Notes under the pieces: model-generated
The model's input: only the letters and a program-made list of their open reading frames with translations
Told to the model about the DNA's origin: nothing
Databases searched by the model: none
Translations under genes and position numbers: made by a program
Part shown: piece after piece, positions 37,137 through 50,600 of the stretch
Numbering within the stretch: the first letter of the stretch is position 1
How the letters are laid out: each line of letters begins with the position of its first letter
NCBI GenBank assembly: GCA_002269645.1
Contig: NIVC01001674.1
Span: 95,520 to 159,519 of the forward strand
DNA from: Macrostomum lignano
Lineage: Eukaryota
Length of the DNA stretch: 64,000 nt
Direction: 5' to 3'

Positions 37137-37420
37137 GGACGAGCAGGCGGATGAAAAGCGGGTGAAATGCGGACGAAATCGCTTCAATTGGCGATTCGGA
37201 CGAGCAGGCGGATTAAAAGCGGGTGAAATGCGGACGAAATCGCTTCATTTGGCGATTCGGACGAGCAGGCGGATTAAAAGCGGGTGAAATGCGGACGAAA
37301 TCGCTTCATTTGGCGATTCGGACGAGCAGGCGGATTAAAAGCGGGTGAAATGCGGACGAAATCGCTTCATTTGGCGATTCGGACGAGCAGGCGGATTAAA
37401 AGCGGGTGAAATGCGGACAG
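37137..37420. repeat. 60-bp subterminal tandem repeat (~4.7 copies) of the EnSpm element
   Basis: Direct reading. Confidence 0.93.
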
Positions 37421-38841
37421 AAAAGTAAGTAAAGGCCTCAAATATAATAGCGTAGTCACAATGGTGTCAATTAATTTGTGATAATAGCAAAAATGGACGT
37501 CATCCTTGACGTCATTCTTGGCATCCAGACTGGCACTGTAAATTGTATTTCAGTTTATTCACCGAGTATATAAGAAATGTTGTATTAAATTGAAGCCAAG
37601 CGGCAAAAATGCTTATACTTAGGGACAGAATATGGACGTATAGTCTATATTTTAATGCTAGTGAGTGACAAATGCGGTAAATTGTCAAATTGCGAAATGA
37701 CCAAAAAAGCACAAAAACGTTGCTTTAGGAAGTGTACTAGAGAAGTGTTACAAGTGTAGTTTTGGAAGGCGGCCTCGAAATGGTTGACTTTTAAGTTTGC
37801 AAAACGTTGTTTTAAAATTGAAATTTAAAGTGAACACATCACTTTAAAATATGTATATATAAATTTAGGCAATACTTATATATGGGTTTGATCGACATAA
37901 CAGGGAATCAAGTTGGAAAGATCGAACCCGGAAGAAAAAGGGTACTACACATAGCTTCCCATGATGTTGCTAATATTAGCCTATTGCTAATACAGTCCAT
38001 TACATGTTTAGTGGAACTGTAAAAGTTGCTCATTGTATATCAGAGGCCATACCTCTTCGATCAAAGCAAACTGTATATCACTCCTTCGAGTGTGATCATA
38101 TCATAATTACGTTCGAATTTTGTCTCCGAAATTGCCGTGCGTAGTACCAAAAAAACCTCCGAATCAGAAAACTGCAAATTGCGGTTTTTAACAGAAAAAA
38201 ACGAGAAAAAAAGATAAATGAAAAATTATAGGATAGGTGAGCCAAGCGGTCCCCGGCCCGAAAGGAGAGCCGCTTCAATCCTGACTTTAATCATAAAATT
38301 TTCCTTTTTCCTAAGAACCGATTAAAGAACCAGAAATCCTAGAATCCTACAACCAAAATGTTACGATCCTTGTACCACACTAACTGCAGTTTACGAATCG
38401 AGCAAGACGTTCAGCATGTCCTGTTCAGCACGTTCAGCATGCTCGTCGCCCATGAGGTGACTGACATCTGAAACGATTTGATTGGCAGATGTCGTCATCG
38501 AGGAAATAGGCAAGGCGTGCGACTCCGCCTCATCCGCCTCGCTTTCAGTGATAACACGGAGTACCACTGAAGCTGAGGAGCTTGCTGCCGATGTTGATGT
38601 CGTCTTCGCAGCTACCTTCGCGCCGCGCTTGCGTATCGGCTTTTTATTGCCTACAGCTGCCGCAGCACGCCGTCCACTGCTTGCTACTGTCGTACTGACC
38701 GATTGTCCGGCGCGCTTCCGAGCCGTCTCAGTGCACCTGGAATGGATAGTTAAAACCTAGCTGCACCTTAGCGCTAAGGTAAGGTGCTAAGCGCTGCTTC
38801 TATAGCTTTATACGAGTATTAAAGAGCGGAGCGGAGCGCCT

Positions 38842-40701
38842 TTAATATAAAGCTATAGAAGCAGCATTCATATATTTATCTTCGCACCTGTTAAACGACC
38901 GCTTAAAATCGCGCGGACTGTAGTCAACGCCTTCAGCTGACAGCCACAGTTCCGCGGTGGCAATCTTCGCCGGATTGGCTGCCAGGCAGACACGGCCCCG
39001 TGACTTGCGACCGGAGATGGAGCTGTTAGTAAACTCCGCGTCGCTAAACAGGCATCGAAGAAGGCTGCGTATCACTGTCAGACGTGCAGTGCTGCGCATC
39101 TCCATGTGCCCCTCCGTTTGGACCAACTCGGCACTCGTCTTGGCGACAACATCCTTCCAATTCTGCAAGCTCGTCTGCAGCTCCATTTTTCTTTTTGGTT
39201 TGACAAGGACGTACGGCTGCTTTTCCGACAGCGGCACTTTCAAAGAGGACTCGGAAGACGACGCTTCACCCGCTGCGGAGCTTTTCGCACACACATTGAG
39301 CAATGCACGTGTCTGTGCAGCTGACAAGCACGTGTCGACTTGTACTGCAAAGTCTGCCTCGCTATCCTGACGCTGCTCGGCGTGGACGGCTTCTTCCTCT
39401 GAATGTTCGTCGGACAGGACGACTGTCGCTGCCGACACGTTGCCACAGAGCATGGTCGAGGCTTGCGTAAGTAAGGCGTTGCACTGCGTCGCTCTGTGCT
39501 CCAGTGCGGCAGCGCGCCGCTGCTCTGTTTGGAGTTCGCGGAGAAGTGACGACTCCATCTTCGTCAGTACTTTATTTCGCTCCTTTAGGGCGTCCAGTTG
39601 GCTGTTGAAAGTCTGCTCCAATGACGCCTTCTTGCGGAGTTCAGTACCTGTGCAATATAATTGTGAAAAAGCGCATTCGCATTATTACCGAGGCAATATG
39701 TAACATCTTTGCGATCACGATTTATGCGAGTATACTGGTAGTTATATACGGGAACGATTCTCACGCAGTGTTTCTACTAGGCTCGAGCTCCGCTGAAGCT
39801 CTATGAGAAGGCTGTGGCATGAGGCGCACGCTCTAGGCAGGTCAACTGGTGTGGCATGAACGTTTGTCATGGCCGCCTCGCCGGTAGCCTCGGCCTTCCT
39901 CTGGAATGGCCCCTTGATTAAGGTGCCAAACCAGCGCTTAGCCTTCTGGCGATTTGTTTTTGCGGTTATGATCAGGACTTCTTCGCCAACCGCGATTCGC
40001 CCAATCACTCCACGTCGACGAGACACAATGAGCGGCGCAGTAATACTTGATGTGGAGACAACCTCTGTACGCATGTGAAAGTGTTTGTATTGAAACACAA
40101 AAAAACGCTCTTTGTCCTCCATTTTGTAGCCCTGCATTTCACCAATTTCCTGATCGTTATCAGCGTTTTCAGCCTCGAGCGACACTGCAATTTCAGTCGG
40201 GGCTGCAGCAGTTGAAGGCGCCGAGACAGCAGCAGGAGGCGCCGAGACAGAAGCAGGAGACGCCGAGACAGCAGCAGGAGGCGCCGAGACAGAAGCAGGA
40301 GGCGCCGAGACAGCAGCAGGAGGCGCCGAGACAGAAGCAGGAGGCGCCGAGACAGCAGCAGGAGGCGCCGAGACAGCAGCAGGAGGCGCCGAGACAGCAG
40401 CAGGAGGCGCCGAGACAGCAGCAGGAGGCGCCGAGACAGCAGTTGGAGGCGCCGAGACAGCAGCAGGAGGCGCCGAGACAGCAGTTGGAGGCGCCGAGAC
40501 AGCAGTTGGATTCAACTGTTTCGAACCTCGAGGCGCTGCAACCGAGTCGCAGGAATGCGACTTACTTTTCTTGGATGGCTTCTTGCTGTGTGGTTTAGCA
40601 GGCTGCTGACAATGGTTGGAAGCCTTGCGCTTTCTTTTTTCTGTAGACGATTCCGACGTAGCTGTCTTCACGGATGCCTTGCCAGAAGCTTTGGACGTCA
40701 T
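38842..40701 (-). CDS. EnSpm second gene: spliced (40701-39750 + 39647-38842), Pro/Ala repeat, coiled coil, C-terminal BEN-like domain
   Basis: A 102-nt GT-AG intron joins two ORFs in frame; RSLLRCLFSDAEFTNSSISG...NPAKIATAE...FKRSFNRCED fits a BEN pattern. Confidence 0.7.
40214..40506 (-). repeat. 21-bp coding repeat x14 (AVSAPPA)
   Basis: Direct reading. Confidence 0.95.
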
Positions 40702-41026
40702 TGCGCTGCACGGGCTGCAAATGAAGGTGTTTCGAGGAATCCTATATGTAATTGGCAAAATACTTTCTAAGTAGCTCATACTATTCATCATTTAGCCACT
40801 AAGAAATAAAGCAAATAAAAAGAGGAACGGAAAGTGCAGAAAGTGGAAGCTTGAGGAATTATATTTTATTATTCGCCGATCAATGACATTGTTCATCGCG
40901 GTTATACCGCCAGTACATGGACAAATATATAGAAGCTGTGGAAATGTGTGTTAAATGCTTTAACCGATTTCAATGCTGATTATCACTAATTTTCAGGATT
41001 TGCAGAATCCCATTTTCAGGTACATA

Positions 41027-42022
41027 CCCGCCAAAAAATTCGGTTGATTCTTCGGTTGATTCCAGCTGGAATCAGCAGTAATTTCGGATGATTCCACAGA
41101 ATGGAAACAGCAGAAGTTGAGAATCAACTGAACCAACATATTCCAGATGATTCCAGGTAAAGAATCAGCCAAATTTAATGGAAGGAATCTGCCAATTTAG
41201 GAATCAGCTTAATAGGACGATTCCACTTAAGGAATCAGCTAAATGTAGCTAAAGGAATCAACCTACCTTTAGGAAGGAAACTGTCAATACAGGGAATCAG
41301 CGCAGTTAGATGTTTCTAGGACAAGAATCACTCTGGGAATCAATTCAACCGCTGTTCTACTTTTGTCGTGCATAGTGATGGAATCCTGAGATTTACTCAT
41401 TTCAATCGGGAAGAATTGTTGTTGTTGTCAAATACATTGTTTTTTTATGATGACAATGATGGTGCTTGGTGGTTTACTCATTTCAATCGGGAAGAATTGT
41501 TGTTGTTGTCAAATACATTGTTTTTTTATGATGACAATGATGGTGCTTGGTGGTTTTGTCAACCACGTTTTTGCTTATTGACTGAAATTGTGCTGTCTCG
41601 TGTGCTTCCGCTGAAAAGTGGTCTTATTTTTCTTGATACATGTACAAGAAACTACTTGTAAAAGTAGCTGCACAGTAAATTATTCGGGTCTCAAAGTGGT
41701 TGATCTGCTAGGGTTGGGGATGCATCCGACACTGCTAAAGGACATTAGTCAGTCCTGTGATCAACCCGGAGTACTCTGTAGTACTATGTAGTAAGAATCG
41801 TCCGACTGAGCTGAGGAATCAACCAGGAGTCGCGGAATCAGCTGCAGAAGAAGACAATGTTTGGCTGTTTCTTTGGCTGATTCCGCACAATTAAATGTCA
41901 CATGGGCTGTTTCCTCGGTTGATTCCTATACACACTGCGGATATAGGGCACAAATACGGTTGATTCCGGTTGAAATGTGCAGAGAAGAAACAGCCAAAGA
42001 AACAGCCGAATTTTTTACAGGG
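41027..42022. mobile_element. Non-autonomous CMC-type MITE (~1 kb) nested in the EnSpm element
   Basis: Imperfect TIR CCC(GCC/TGT)AAAAAATTCGG(T/C)TG; TA on both flanks; many GGAATCA/TGATTCC subterminal motifs; internal 81-bp tandem duplication at 41392-41553. Confidence 0.75.
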
Positions 42023-42055
42023 TATATTCCGGATATAATTGTAAGGAGAAACGGG

Positions 42056-42937
42056 CTACATCGAATATATTGTTCCCTCAGTTTCCTCCGCGGCTGCGGC
42101 AAGAAGGTCATTCATTCCATCTTCCGACCAGTGCCGGCCCTCTACGTAAGCGCGGTACGAGCAGACATTTACAGTCTTGTTGAAGACAGGTGATGGCGAG
42201 CGGCTATTGGAGTCAGCGTCGGGGTCGAAGTTAGCAAACAGAGAACTGCCTGTACAGCACACAGAGACTGACTCGCCTTGACTGCGAAGATCGAAAGTCT
42301 CGAGCTCATCCATTGCTTCGCGGTATTCCTACAGATGGTATAAATAAAGACATGCTGAAGTTAACAGTCCCGATTTTCTCTACTAAGTAACCCTCCCACC
42401 AATACGTGCATAAATTCTTACCTGCACGGCAACTTCTGCGCGCTGTAGCGCCCGAACACATTTCTCGTGCAGTCGGGCTCTTTCATCATGAGCCTCATTT
42501 ATGCAAGTGCTCGAACGTAATTCTGCAGTCTCTAGAGTCGAAGCTGGTTCGGAGGCTCCGACGTCGAAGAAATAGTTCTGCTCAGCCGCAATATGGGCCC
42601 TGCTGGCCGGACTCAGGTTGCCGTAGAAGGCGAATAGATTTTCCGACTGCGCTTCCATTTCCGGTTCACCTGCACCAGCGGAATATTCGACATTAGTCCG
42701 AACAGCGTCAGCGGAGACAGCAGCTTGTTTCGCTACTACACTGGCGCGCATTTCGCGCAGCCAGCGCTCCTCAATCGGTTGTTCCTTCCGAAGCCACTTT
42801 GCAGGTTTTGGACGCTTCTCCATGAATGCTTGCTGAAAATCAATGAAGATAGAATTAGTGGAAGTAGTTGTCATGACGTCACGAGGCGTATAAAACCCTT
42901 CCATTATAGCCTGAGACGATATTCGTAAGGAAAACAA
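42056..42937 (-). CDS. Third EnSpm-borne gene, unknown function (exons ~42937-42422, 42328-42056)
   Basis: CAG|GTAAGA donor and TGTAG acceptor (93-nt intron) join two ORFs in frame. Confidence 0.5.
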
Positions 42938-43362
42938 CGAAGCAGCAACGTGTGGTTCTAGGTATTAGCAATTTAAGTGGGGAAAGCGTTTAATCATTCC
43001 ACCTCATCTGTGTACTTATGTCAGCACAAATATATAATTTATAGCAGTCCTTATTGCGCGATTCTCGTGCTCGTGCTAAACAATTCTCGCATTAACAGCA
43101 GCTGGAAGCAGCCGACGCAGTCGCCAGTCACGCACCGGCGTAAAAGTGTGAATTTATGATACGACAAGGTATTACAGTGGATCAATTTATGAGATGCCAG
43201 AGTTATAATAAACGAGTGACATCAGCGAAGAAGAAAAACATAGCACATATTTCTAATGTAAGCATGTAAGTAGCATAAGCATGACTATGTGACAATAGCA
43301 AGTATTTTTGGAAGCATATGCTGCAAGACGTAGGAGCATAAATAATGCATGCAGACAGGTGC

Positions 43363-46152
43363 CTAAGCAAAACAAGTCTGCGGATGCGGCATCAAGGCAA
43401 TATGCGTGTCCGTCAAAACACATGCGCCGAGAATGTCGGTCACAGGGACCTGAAATTCGTCACCTAGGTTTCCAAATGGATCGGCTGCCAGCTGCCGGAT
43501 GTGAGCGAAGGAGCAACCGCGATTCGGCGAAGTCGCGGGAACAGCAGCCAGCGCTTCCAACGGATTCCAGTCCGAATGAAGGACAGGCAAACTAGCAAGT
43601 CCGACGATGACCTCCTGGCCGACGAGTTGCAGATTTTGAACGCGGGCAAACCTGAACACTGTAGGTTGACAGCCCACAACAGCAACAAACGCAGATGGAA
43701 TTCGGCGCTGATCCACGTGCCCTGCCTGATCTGCACCCGTCAGTTTAAAGACTTCAAAAGTCCAACCAGATGGCAAGGTGACACTGCGCCAGCCGTTCAC
43801 CATACTAGCGGGACGCAGGAGCAGAATGCCATTTATGACAGTTGATTCTGTACGGCGCATGGCAACCGGCTGTGGGGCCTCGTTGACCCGAAGTCGCGCT
43901 CCCGATTGAATTGTGGCGAAGCACCGCTCCACTGCACCGACCAGTTCCACATCCGTTCGGCGTGAGCCGTGAAGAAGTCTCCGAAGCTTGGTATGCATGG
44001 ACTCAAAAAGTCCGGCAGACTGCTTGTGCAGTGGACCAGCCAGAGACACATGCGGCAGCATATGCACGCACACCTGGTGCGCATTGTAGGTCAAAGCCCT
44101 TGCGGAGTACAGCCGAACTAGATTGGCGTGAAAATGTCGCAGCGAGACCTCGACGTGCTGCAGCTCGCTCATCGGTGACCCTTCCCTGCTCATCCAGAAG
44201 ACACAAGCAGATAGGATGCACAGGTGCTGATAGTGTGAGTCAGCGAGAATGCCTTGCAAAACGAGCGGGGCGTAAATGATCAGCCACATCTCCAACTCGT
44301 GACCACGCAGGTGCCGCAGTTCCCTCACGGGCCGGACAGTATGGCGCTGCACACACCGCGGTACTCTGATCCTCAGCAGACGCTCGTCTATCTCGGCTGA
44401 CCGAGTATGCAAGTCGGGACAGTTGCTCTGGCCGCGATCGGGTTTCTCATGCTGGACAAGAAGCATCTGGAACAGCATTCTCCTAAACAGGCCCGCCTCA
44501 AGCTGATGCAAGTAGCATGGCGGGGTCCCTCTGATAAAGTCGAATCCAGCTAACCGTCCTAGTGGAGAGTGCCCACGAACACCTAGAGTGTCTGCGTTGG
44601 GCTGGTGAACGTGTCGGTCGTGGTACTCCGCCAGGGTGTGTGTATCATTCATCGAGCGGACAGTCGTTTGCACGCATCCAAGCCGAGCTGCCGCATGCAG
44701 CATAGCTGGAGTAATTTCCACTTTGAATATGCGGCCGAATCCGGAAGGGTGTAGCGCTGATTGAATGTAGCACTTATCACATCCGAATTTGGCAGAAAAG
44801 CGCTTCATACACAACGCATCCGCTCGATCTGGCGCGTCAAAAAGACCTAGTACTGGGTACAGACGAATGTGATGTCGCACGCCATGACCATCAGTAATTG
44901 AGAGTCCACGAGTTCGGAGCAATGTTAGCTCGTCAACGACGATGGGTAGAAAAGCCCTCGGATGCACCTTCTACTTGCCCGCCCAGACACCGCATATGAT
45001 CACGAATCGCGACTTCAGCCTGTCGTGAACTTCGTTTACACACAGATACACTGGGCACATTTCAACACCGCTAGTGGAGAAAAGAGAGAAACCGTCGGCG
45101 CAGAACGTGTATGTCAGGTCACTGCGACTTTGAGGATCAATGGTTTCGAGGAAACACCTATACAGGTCCCCATTCACAAAGTGGACAACGCCAGGATCGA
45201 CGATCTGGTCAGCAGGGAAGACGACATTCTCCATAAGGCCACAGGAGCTAGCTAGCGTTTGGATCTGTCGTCGGATGTTGAATGTCCAAAAGTTATTCAC
45301 CTTATTTGAATTACAGTGTTCGCAAAGCGATTCATTTGGATCGCACCGACCACGGTTGCTACGGTGACAGTTATTGCATACCGTGTGACACGAGGCAGTG
45401 CCCAAAATCGACTGTGACGATCTGGATGCATTCAGAAGCGCTTTCTCAGTCCGTGGGAGAATATTGTTCGGCACAAGACGGCGCAGCATTGCCAAAATTC
45501 TGGTAGTGCCGCCCCGTGGAAGGCGCAGATCCCTGGCACAGAGATGGATTTCGACCATTGCTTCGCCGAACGAGACAGGCAACGCTTCATGCCATCTCTG
45601 CTGCAGTACTTCGTCTTGCAGCTGCGGTTCGTCGTCACCCTCATTATCGTCATCATTGTCGGCGGCGTCCTCACCGGACGACTGCAAACTGGTGGCGCCC
45701 TCGTCAGATGACTGAGCAGCGGCATCCTCGTCAGATGATTGAGCAGCGGCATCCTCGTCAGATGATTGAGCAGCGGCATCCTCGTCAGATGATTGAGCAG
45801 CGGCATCCTCGTCAGATGATTGAGCAGCGGCATCCTCGTCAGATGATTGAGCAGCGGCATCCTCGTCAGCTGATTGATTGGCTGCATCCTCGTCAGCTGA
45901 CTGAGCAGCGGCGTCCTCGTCAGCTGATTGATTGGCTGCATCCTCGTCAGCTGACTGAGCAGCGGCGTCCTCGTCAGCTGATTGATTGGCTGCATCCTCG
46001 TCAGCTGACTGAGCAGCGGCGTCCTCGTCAGCTGACTGATTGGCTGCATCCTCGTCAGCTGACTGAGCAGCGGCGTCCTCGCCAGACTGACTGGATGAAG
46101 CGCTGCCAGTGGGACCTAATATGTGACACAGTTGGGGGCAACAATGCATCAT
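43363..46152 (-). pseudogene. EnSpm/CACTA TnpD-type transposase with one in-frame TAG (44971-44973)
   Basis: CADGFSLF...CPVY, FDAPDRA...FGCDKC, YLHQLEAG, LRGHELEMW, TYNAHQ..H...GPL...LFES; the two track ORFs share a frame. Confidence 0.88.
45700..46085 (-). repeat. 27-bp coding repeat x~14 (QSADEDAAA/N) in the EnSpm transposase N-terminus
   Basis: Direct reading. Confidence 0.95.
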
Positions 46153-47339
46153 AAAGAGTCGTCTTGTGGTAGAAGCAAAATAGACCGGCTAACGCGATAA
46201 TGTTATATAACGAAGATTGCGAAATCTGGCTTGCAAGTCACGACCCGACACGCTTAGCAAATAAAAGAAAACCACAAAACGTTAAAAGTCCCACCTGGAC
46301 ATGACGTTCCGGCAGAACCATGTTTGCCATTGGCAGCCGCATTACTGTTGGCGTCATTGTCCTCAACCGGTGGTACGCAAGCAACAGAAGAACCCGATTG
46401 TTCGCCTGGTGGCCCAACTCGGAGCGGAGAACGTGAGTGGGATCGTCGCCGAGCGCGGTCTTGAATCTTCCGGCGTACGCGATAGCGCTTCATGAACTGT
46501 GCACGACGAAACTTAGCGTAATCTTCGTCATTCTCCATTGTTTATGCTGTAAGATTGAGTGACACACGAAGCTGAATTCACCTAGCTTACTGATACTAAG
46601 CTACACTATACTAATACTATACTATGTTATGCTCAGCTATACTATAATACTATTCTAAGCTATACTATACTATAATTAATACTACCAATAATAACTACCC
46701 ATTAATAATTATTACTACTTACTAATATTAAATGACGGCACCTATGTATGTACTGATTTTAAGATTATTTAAGGCTGTTGAAATAAGGATCGGAAGGTCA
46801 AGGCTGCAACTTGCATAGCAGAATTGGTTCAGTTATTATTTAACAATAGTGTCAAAAGTGAGCACAAAATGGTACAGTTGAAGTAATTGCAATAACGAAG
46901 CGTTTTAAAAAAACGTGGCTTAGGCCAACGCTGAATACAGTACCGAACGCAAACAAGAGCGAAAGAATTTATACAGTTCACAAAGTATCGGCCTGCACGC
47001 ATTTTTCTGAAATTGGAGCGGACAAACAGTCGGATAAAAAACCGGACGACAGATCGGACAAATTTTTCCCTCATCCGAAATTCATCCGCTTTCTCGTCCA
47101 CTTTCTCGTCCGCTTTTGGCCTGGAATGGAAGCGGACGAGAAATCGAATGAAATTCGGACGAAACATCAAAAAGAAGCGGATGATTCGCCCGATATTTGG
47201 TCCGCAGTTTCGTACGACGTCGAAATCGGATGAAAACCGGGTGAATTTCGTCCGCTTCTGAATTTCGTACGGAAATCGGTCAAAAATCGGATGGGAATCG
47301 GACAAATAAGCGGACCAAAGTCCAGGCGGGAGTATTAAG

Positions 47340-47690
47340 CAATATATAAGCAATGGAATATATAAGTATAGTGAGCATGATTATTATAAGTTTAGGCATA
47401 TGAAGAAAATAAGCAAAATACGCATGATAATTATAAATGTGAGCATATAATGAGCAAAATAAGCATGAGTATTATAAGTTTGAGCACGCAAGATAAGCAA
47501 ATTAAGCAATAGGGACATGTAGGCAAAATAAGCAATATTGACACAAGCAATGAGCAACAGGTACATATAGTTGAATAGAAAGCAATAGAGCATATAATCA
47601 AATAAGCAATAGAACGTAGGCAAACAGGCAAATAAGCAATATAGTCGAATAGTCAAATAAGCAATAGAACATATAGTTACTTAGTTATTA
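47340..47690. repeat. Degenerate AAGCAAT/GAGCAT-rich low-complexity tract
   Basis: Direct reading; a similar tract lies left of the EnSpm TIR (~36850-36900). Confidence 0.7.
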
Positions 47691-50600
47691 GTATTCATCC
47701 CGAATTCAACAGGTAGGCTGTGCCGAACCGGCCAGCCAATGAGCTCTGCCGTCCAGCAGACCTCGTGCCTTAGTTGTACGCTCGTAGTTGCTGGTGCGCC
47801 CATCCTGACTGCATGATCGATTGGAGGATGTACATGACAGCTCGCCTCCAGGCGGCTACGGCCTGCTCGTGGCTGAACGTTGCCTGCAGCTCGCGGAGCG
47901 GGGTCTCAGCCTCGCCGGTTTGTAACAGGAAACCTCTCCCGTCCAATCTCAAAAGCGCCACCCGCATGTAATAGGTTTTTAGCCGGCCGATCAGCTGCTT
48001 ATAGGTCTCATGCTGGCTGCCAGGAATCCCTGCCAGGATGCTTGAGTAGTTGGCGCCGTATGCCATCAGGTCTTGTGAGGCCGGCCGCCAATTGACGTGC
48101 ACCGCCGGCGAAATCTCTGGCGCTGCCGGCTGCCGCAATGTGAGCACTTGTTGATTATACATCGGCGGGACATCAGCTGACGAGGGCGGCCTGATTCTGG
48201 CTTGTGTCGGCGGCTTCGGCTGGATGACCCGCTGCTTCTTTGCCGGTACAAACTGTGTGGTTGCCAGAGAGACTTCTCTCTGGCTTCATATGTCCTTTTT
48301 ATATAGATTTACTCCCCCCCTGCTGAGTTATTTCAAACAAACTAACTTGTTTTAATTTGTACAACTTATCTTATTGGCCATTGCGCAATAAAACACTTGT
48401 TTTAAACCGCAACTGAATTCCTATTGGCTGACTAAAAGTTCAGTTTCTCTAGCAACCTCCAAAAGGTAGCTAGCTTTTTTAGATAAACTATTCGAGTAAT
48501 GGAAAATTTCTGGCTGAAAGTCGCCGCATTACAGTCATCGCATTCTTCGAATTGTGGCATCAGAGGCGTCCTCAATATAGAGAAAAAGTCTTTGTCTGAG
48601 TCGGCAGCAGACTCAATGCTGGTTTTATACTGCAAAATTGTGTTGTATGCGTGCGGCGCGAAACAAAAAGCCAAATAGTCGTCACAAAGTTTTGGAAAGT
48701 TTTCATTCGCGAAACATAGTTGTCACCGCACTTAAGAAGACTTTGAATTTCCTGATTGCTCATTCCTTTACTTTGTGAAAGAAAAACGCAATGGCGTCGG
48801 CATTTTTGGCACCAATTACTGCCTTAATCTCGTCGACCTTTTCTTCGATGGAGCATAGCTCCGCGTATAAGTTAGCAGCAATGTCGGATGTGATTTCAGC
48901 CTTTATGAGCTCCTCCGGCTCTCGATAAGACGATTAGTGAATAGTTAATAGAGTCTTGACACTAATTGCCTCAGTGCGATGCTTAGAGAGCCATGCTTTC
49001 AAGTTTTCAATGAATCTCGCGGATTGTTTAGCTTTGCTTGGTTTCTTCTTGTTGCTACTAGCTCCTTCGTCATCCTCAATCGTCTTATCGGCTTGATGAA
49101 CGAGGCTTACTAAAGTATCATTAAAGGAACCTCGTTTTTCTTTAGGAAGGCGATTTAGAAAAAAGCAATTCATGTATTGCTTTTCTTCGTTAGGCTCTTT
49201 TAATTGCTCATAATGCTTTCAATTTCCTTGTCGTTCATTTTTCTAGCTGCTTGGGGTAAAATATTGAGAGAACTAATAGAGAAAAAATAATATAAGCGTG
49301 TTCAAAGAACCTTGCTCAAACGAAATAGAAAAAATGACGAAGATAAAATAGGTGAGCTAATTGTAATTGTAAGTGAGCTAATAATGATCTAATAGGTGGG
49401 TTTGAAGGTAGAGTTGGTATTGCAGATAAAAAAGTCATTCATCTAATTAACCATCTTTTGAGATAATCTTAAAGATAATTGAATTTGCTACCTTACTCTG
49501 TCAAAAATGAACAATTGGAGACTAAGAGAGTAAATATTTTTGTCGAGTGTTAGTTTCTTTGACTCAGTTAGCGCTTTTCGGCTTTCGTGTCTGTTTTGTG
49601 CTTTGTGTTTGTTTTCAGAAATGTGACTATGGTTTGTTCTTATTTGGTAGTAGTAGGTAAAAATACTCACATAGAGATGGAAACCTTTTCACCCAATTAA
49701 AGATAGAACCTGTGAATGAGGTTGAAGAGAAAATGTAGTACACAAGAGAAATGTCGACTCTACGCGTCGAGATACATCGGATTAGGTGTCTTTGAAATTT
49801 TCTGAAGTCCTCTGGCCAAAGTCTCTAGTCAGGGGTCCAGGGAATTGTCTGGCCATTTTCAGGAAGTCACGCCGCAAGATACAACTGTCTAATCACAAGT
49901 AGTATCAACTGCGGACAAAATGACATCGATAGAGCATCTCTAGAGCTTTCCAACGGCACCAAGAACGTCGAGAAATACCCACCAGAAGGCTGGCAAAGTG
50001 CATCTAAAGTTTAAGGGTACTCACTCTCTGATAGCCGCTGAGGAGATTATTACACTTTACGGCAATGCTCGCCAGGGCAGAATGGTAGCAAATCTATCGA
50101 CGCGACAAACGGCATCTGAAGCGGCAATAGTTGCCCTATGCGATGATGCAAGTCTCTCATTTCCAGACCAAGCCGTTTCGAAATGGCGCGCTGGCAAAGT
50201 TGCTAAAAAATGACCTACAGACATGCCCTATTAGAGAAAAGCTATTTTCTGACCAGGTGGCAAAGTGATTTCAGAATGCCCCTTCATCTTGATGGATCTC
50301 GACGGGATTTGATGTCCCAGACTCTGGGATAAACGTAGAAGCCAGCCCCGCCGAGATCTGGGGTCCTCGACCAGTCCTGATGACATCAGTCTGTTGCGCA
50401 ATACTTAGTGCAAAAATATCTATATACCAGCTGAGGGTGATTACTTGACACGCTGCGCTGATGAAACGGATGGGTCAATCGGAGCGGTCAATGTGTCAAA
50501 ATAGACTTCAACTATTGCCTAATCATCTGACGCAAGCGCCGCAGGAATTGCTTGCACCAGGCCGGAGCGGCAGCCTTACAAAGTCGCCCCCCTATGCCCC

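Larger units (their letters stand above)
36909..47330 (-). mobile_element. EnSpm/CACTA (CMC) DNA transposon, 10.4 kb
   Basis: TIR CCCGCCTGGACTTTGGTCCG at both ends; 3-bp TSD AGT (36906-36908, 47331-47333); dense subterminal CGGACGAAA motifs in both orientations; TnpD-type transposase. Confidence 0.92.

Noticed and set aside
37137-37420. Regular 60-bp repeat resembling CRISPR spacing
   Set aside because: Units are near-identical along their whole length; they are subterminal repeats of the EnSpm element
46829-47656. ORFs of 66-174 aa at the EnSpm right end
   Set aside because: Translations of subterminal and low-complexity repeats
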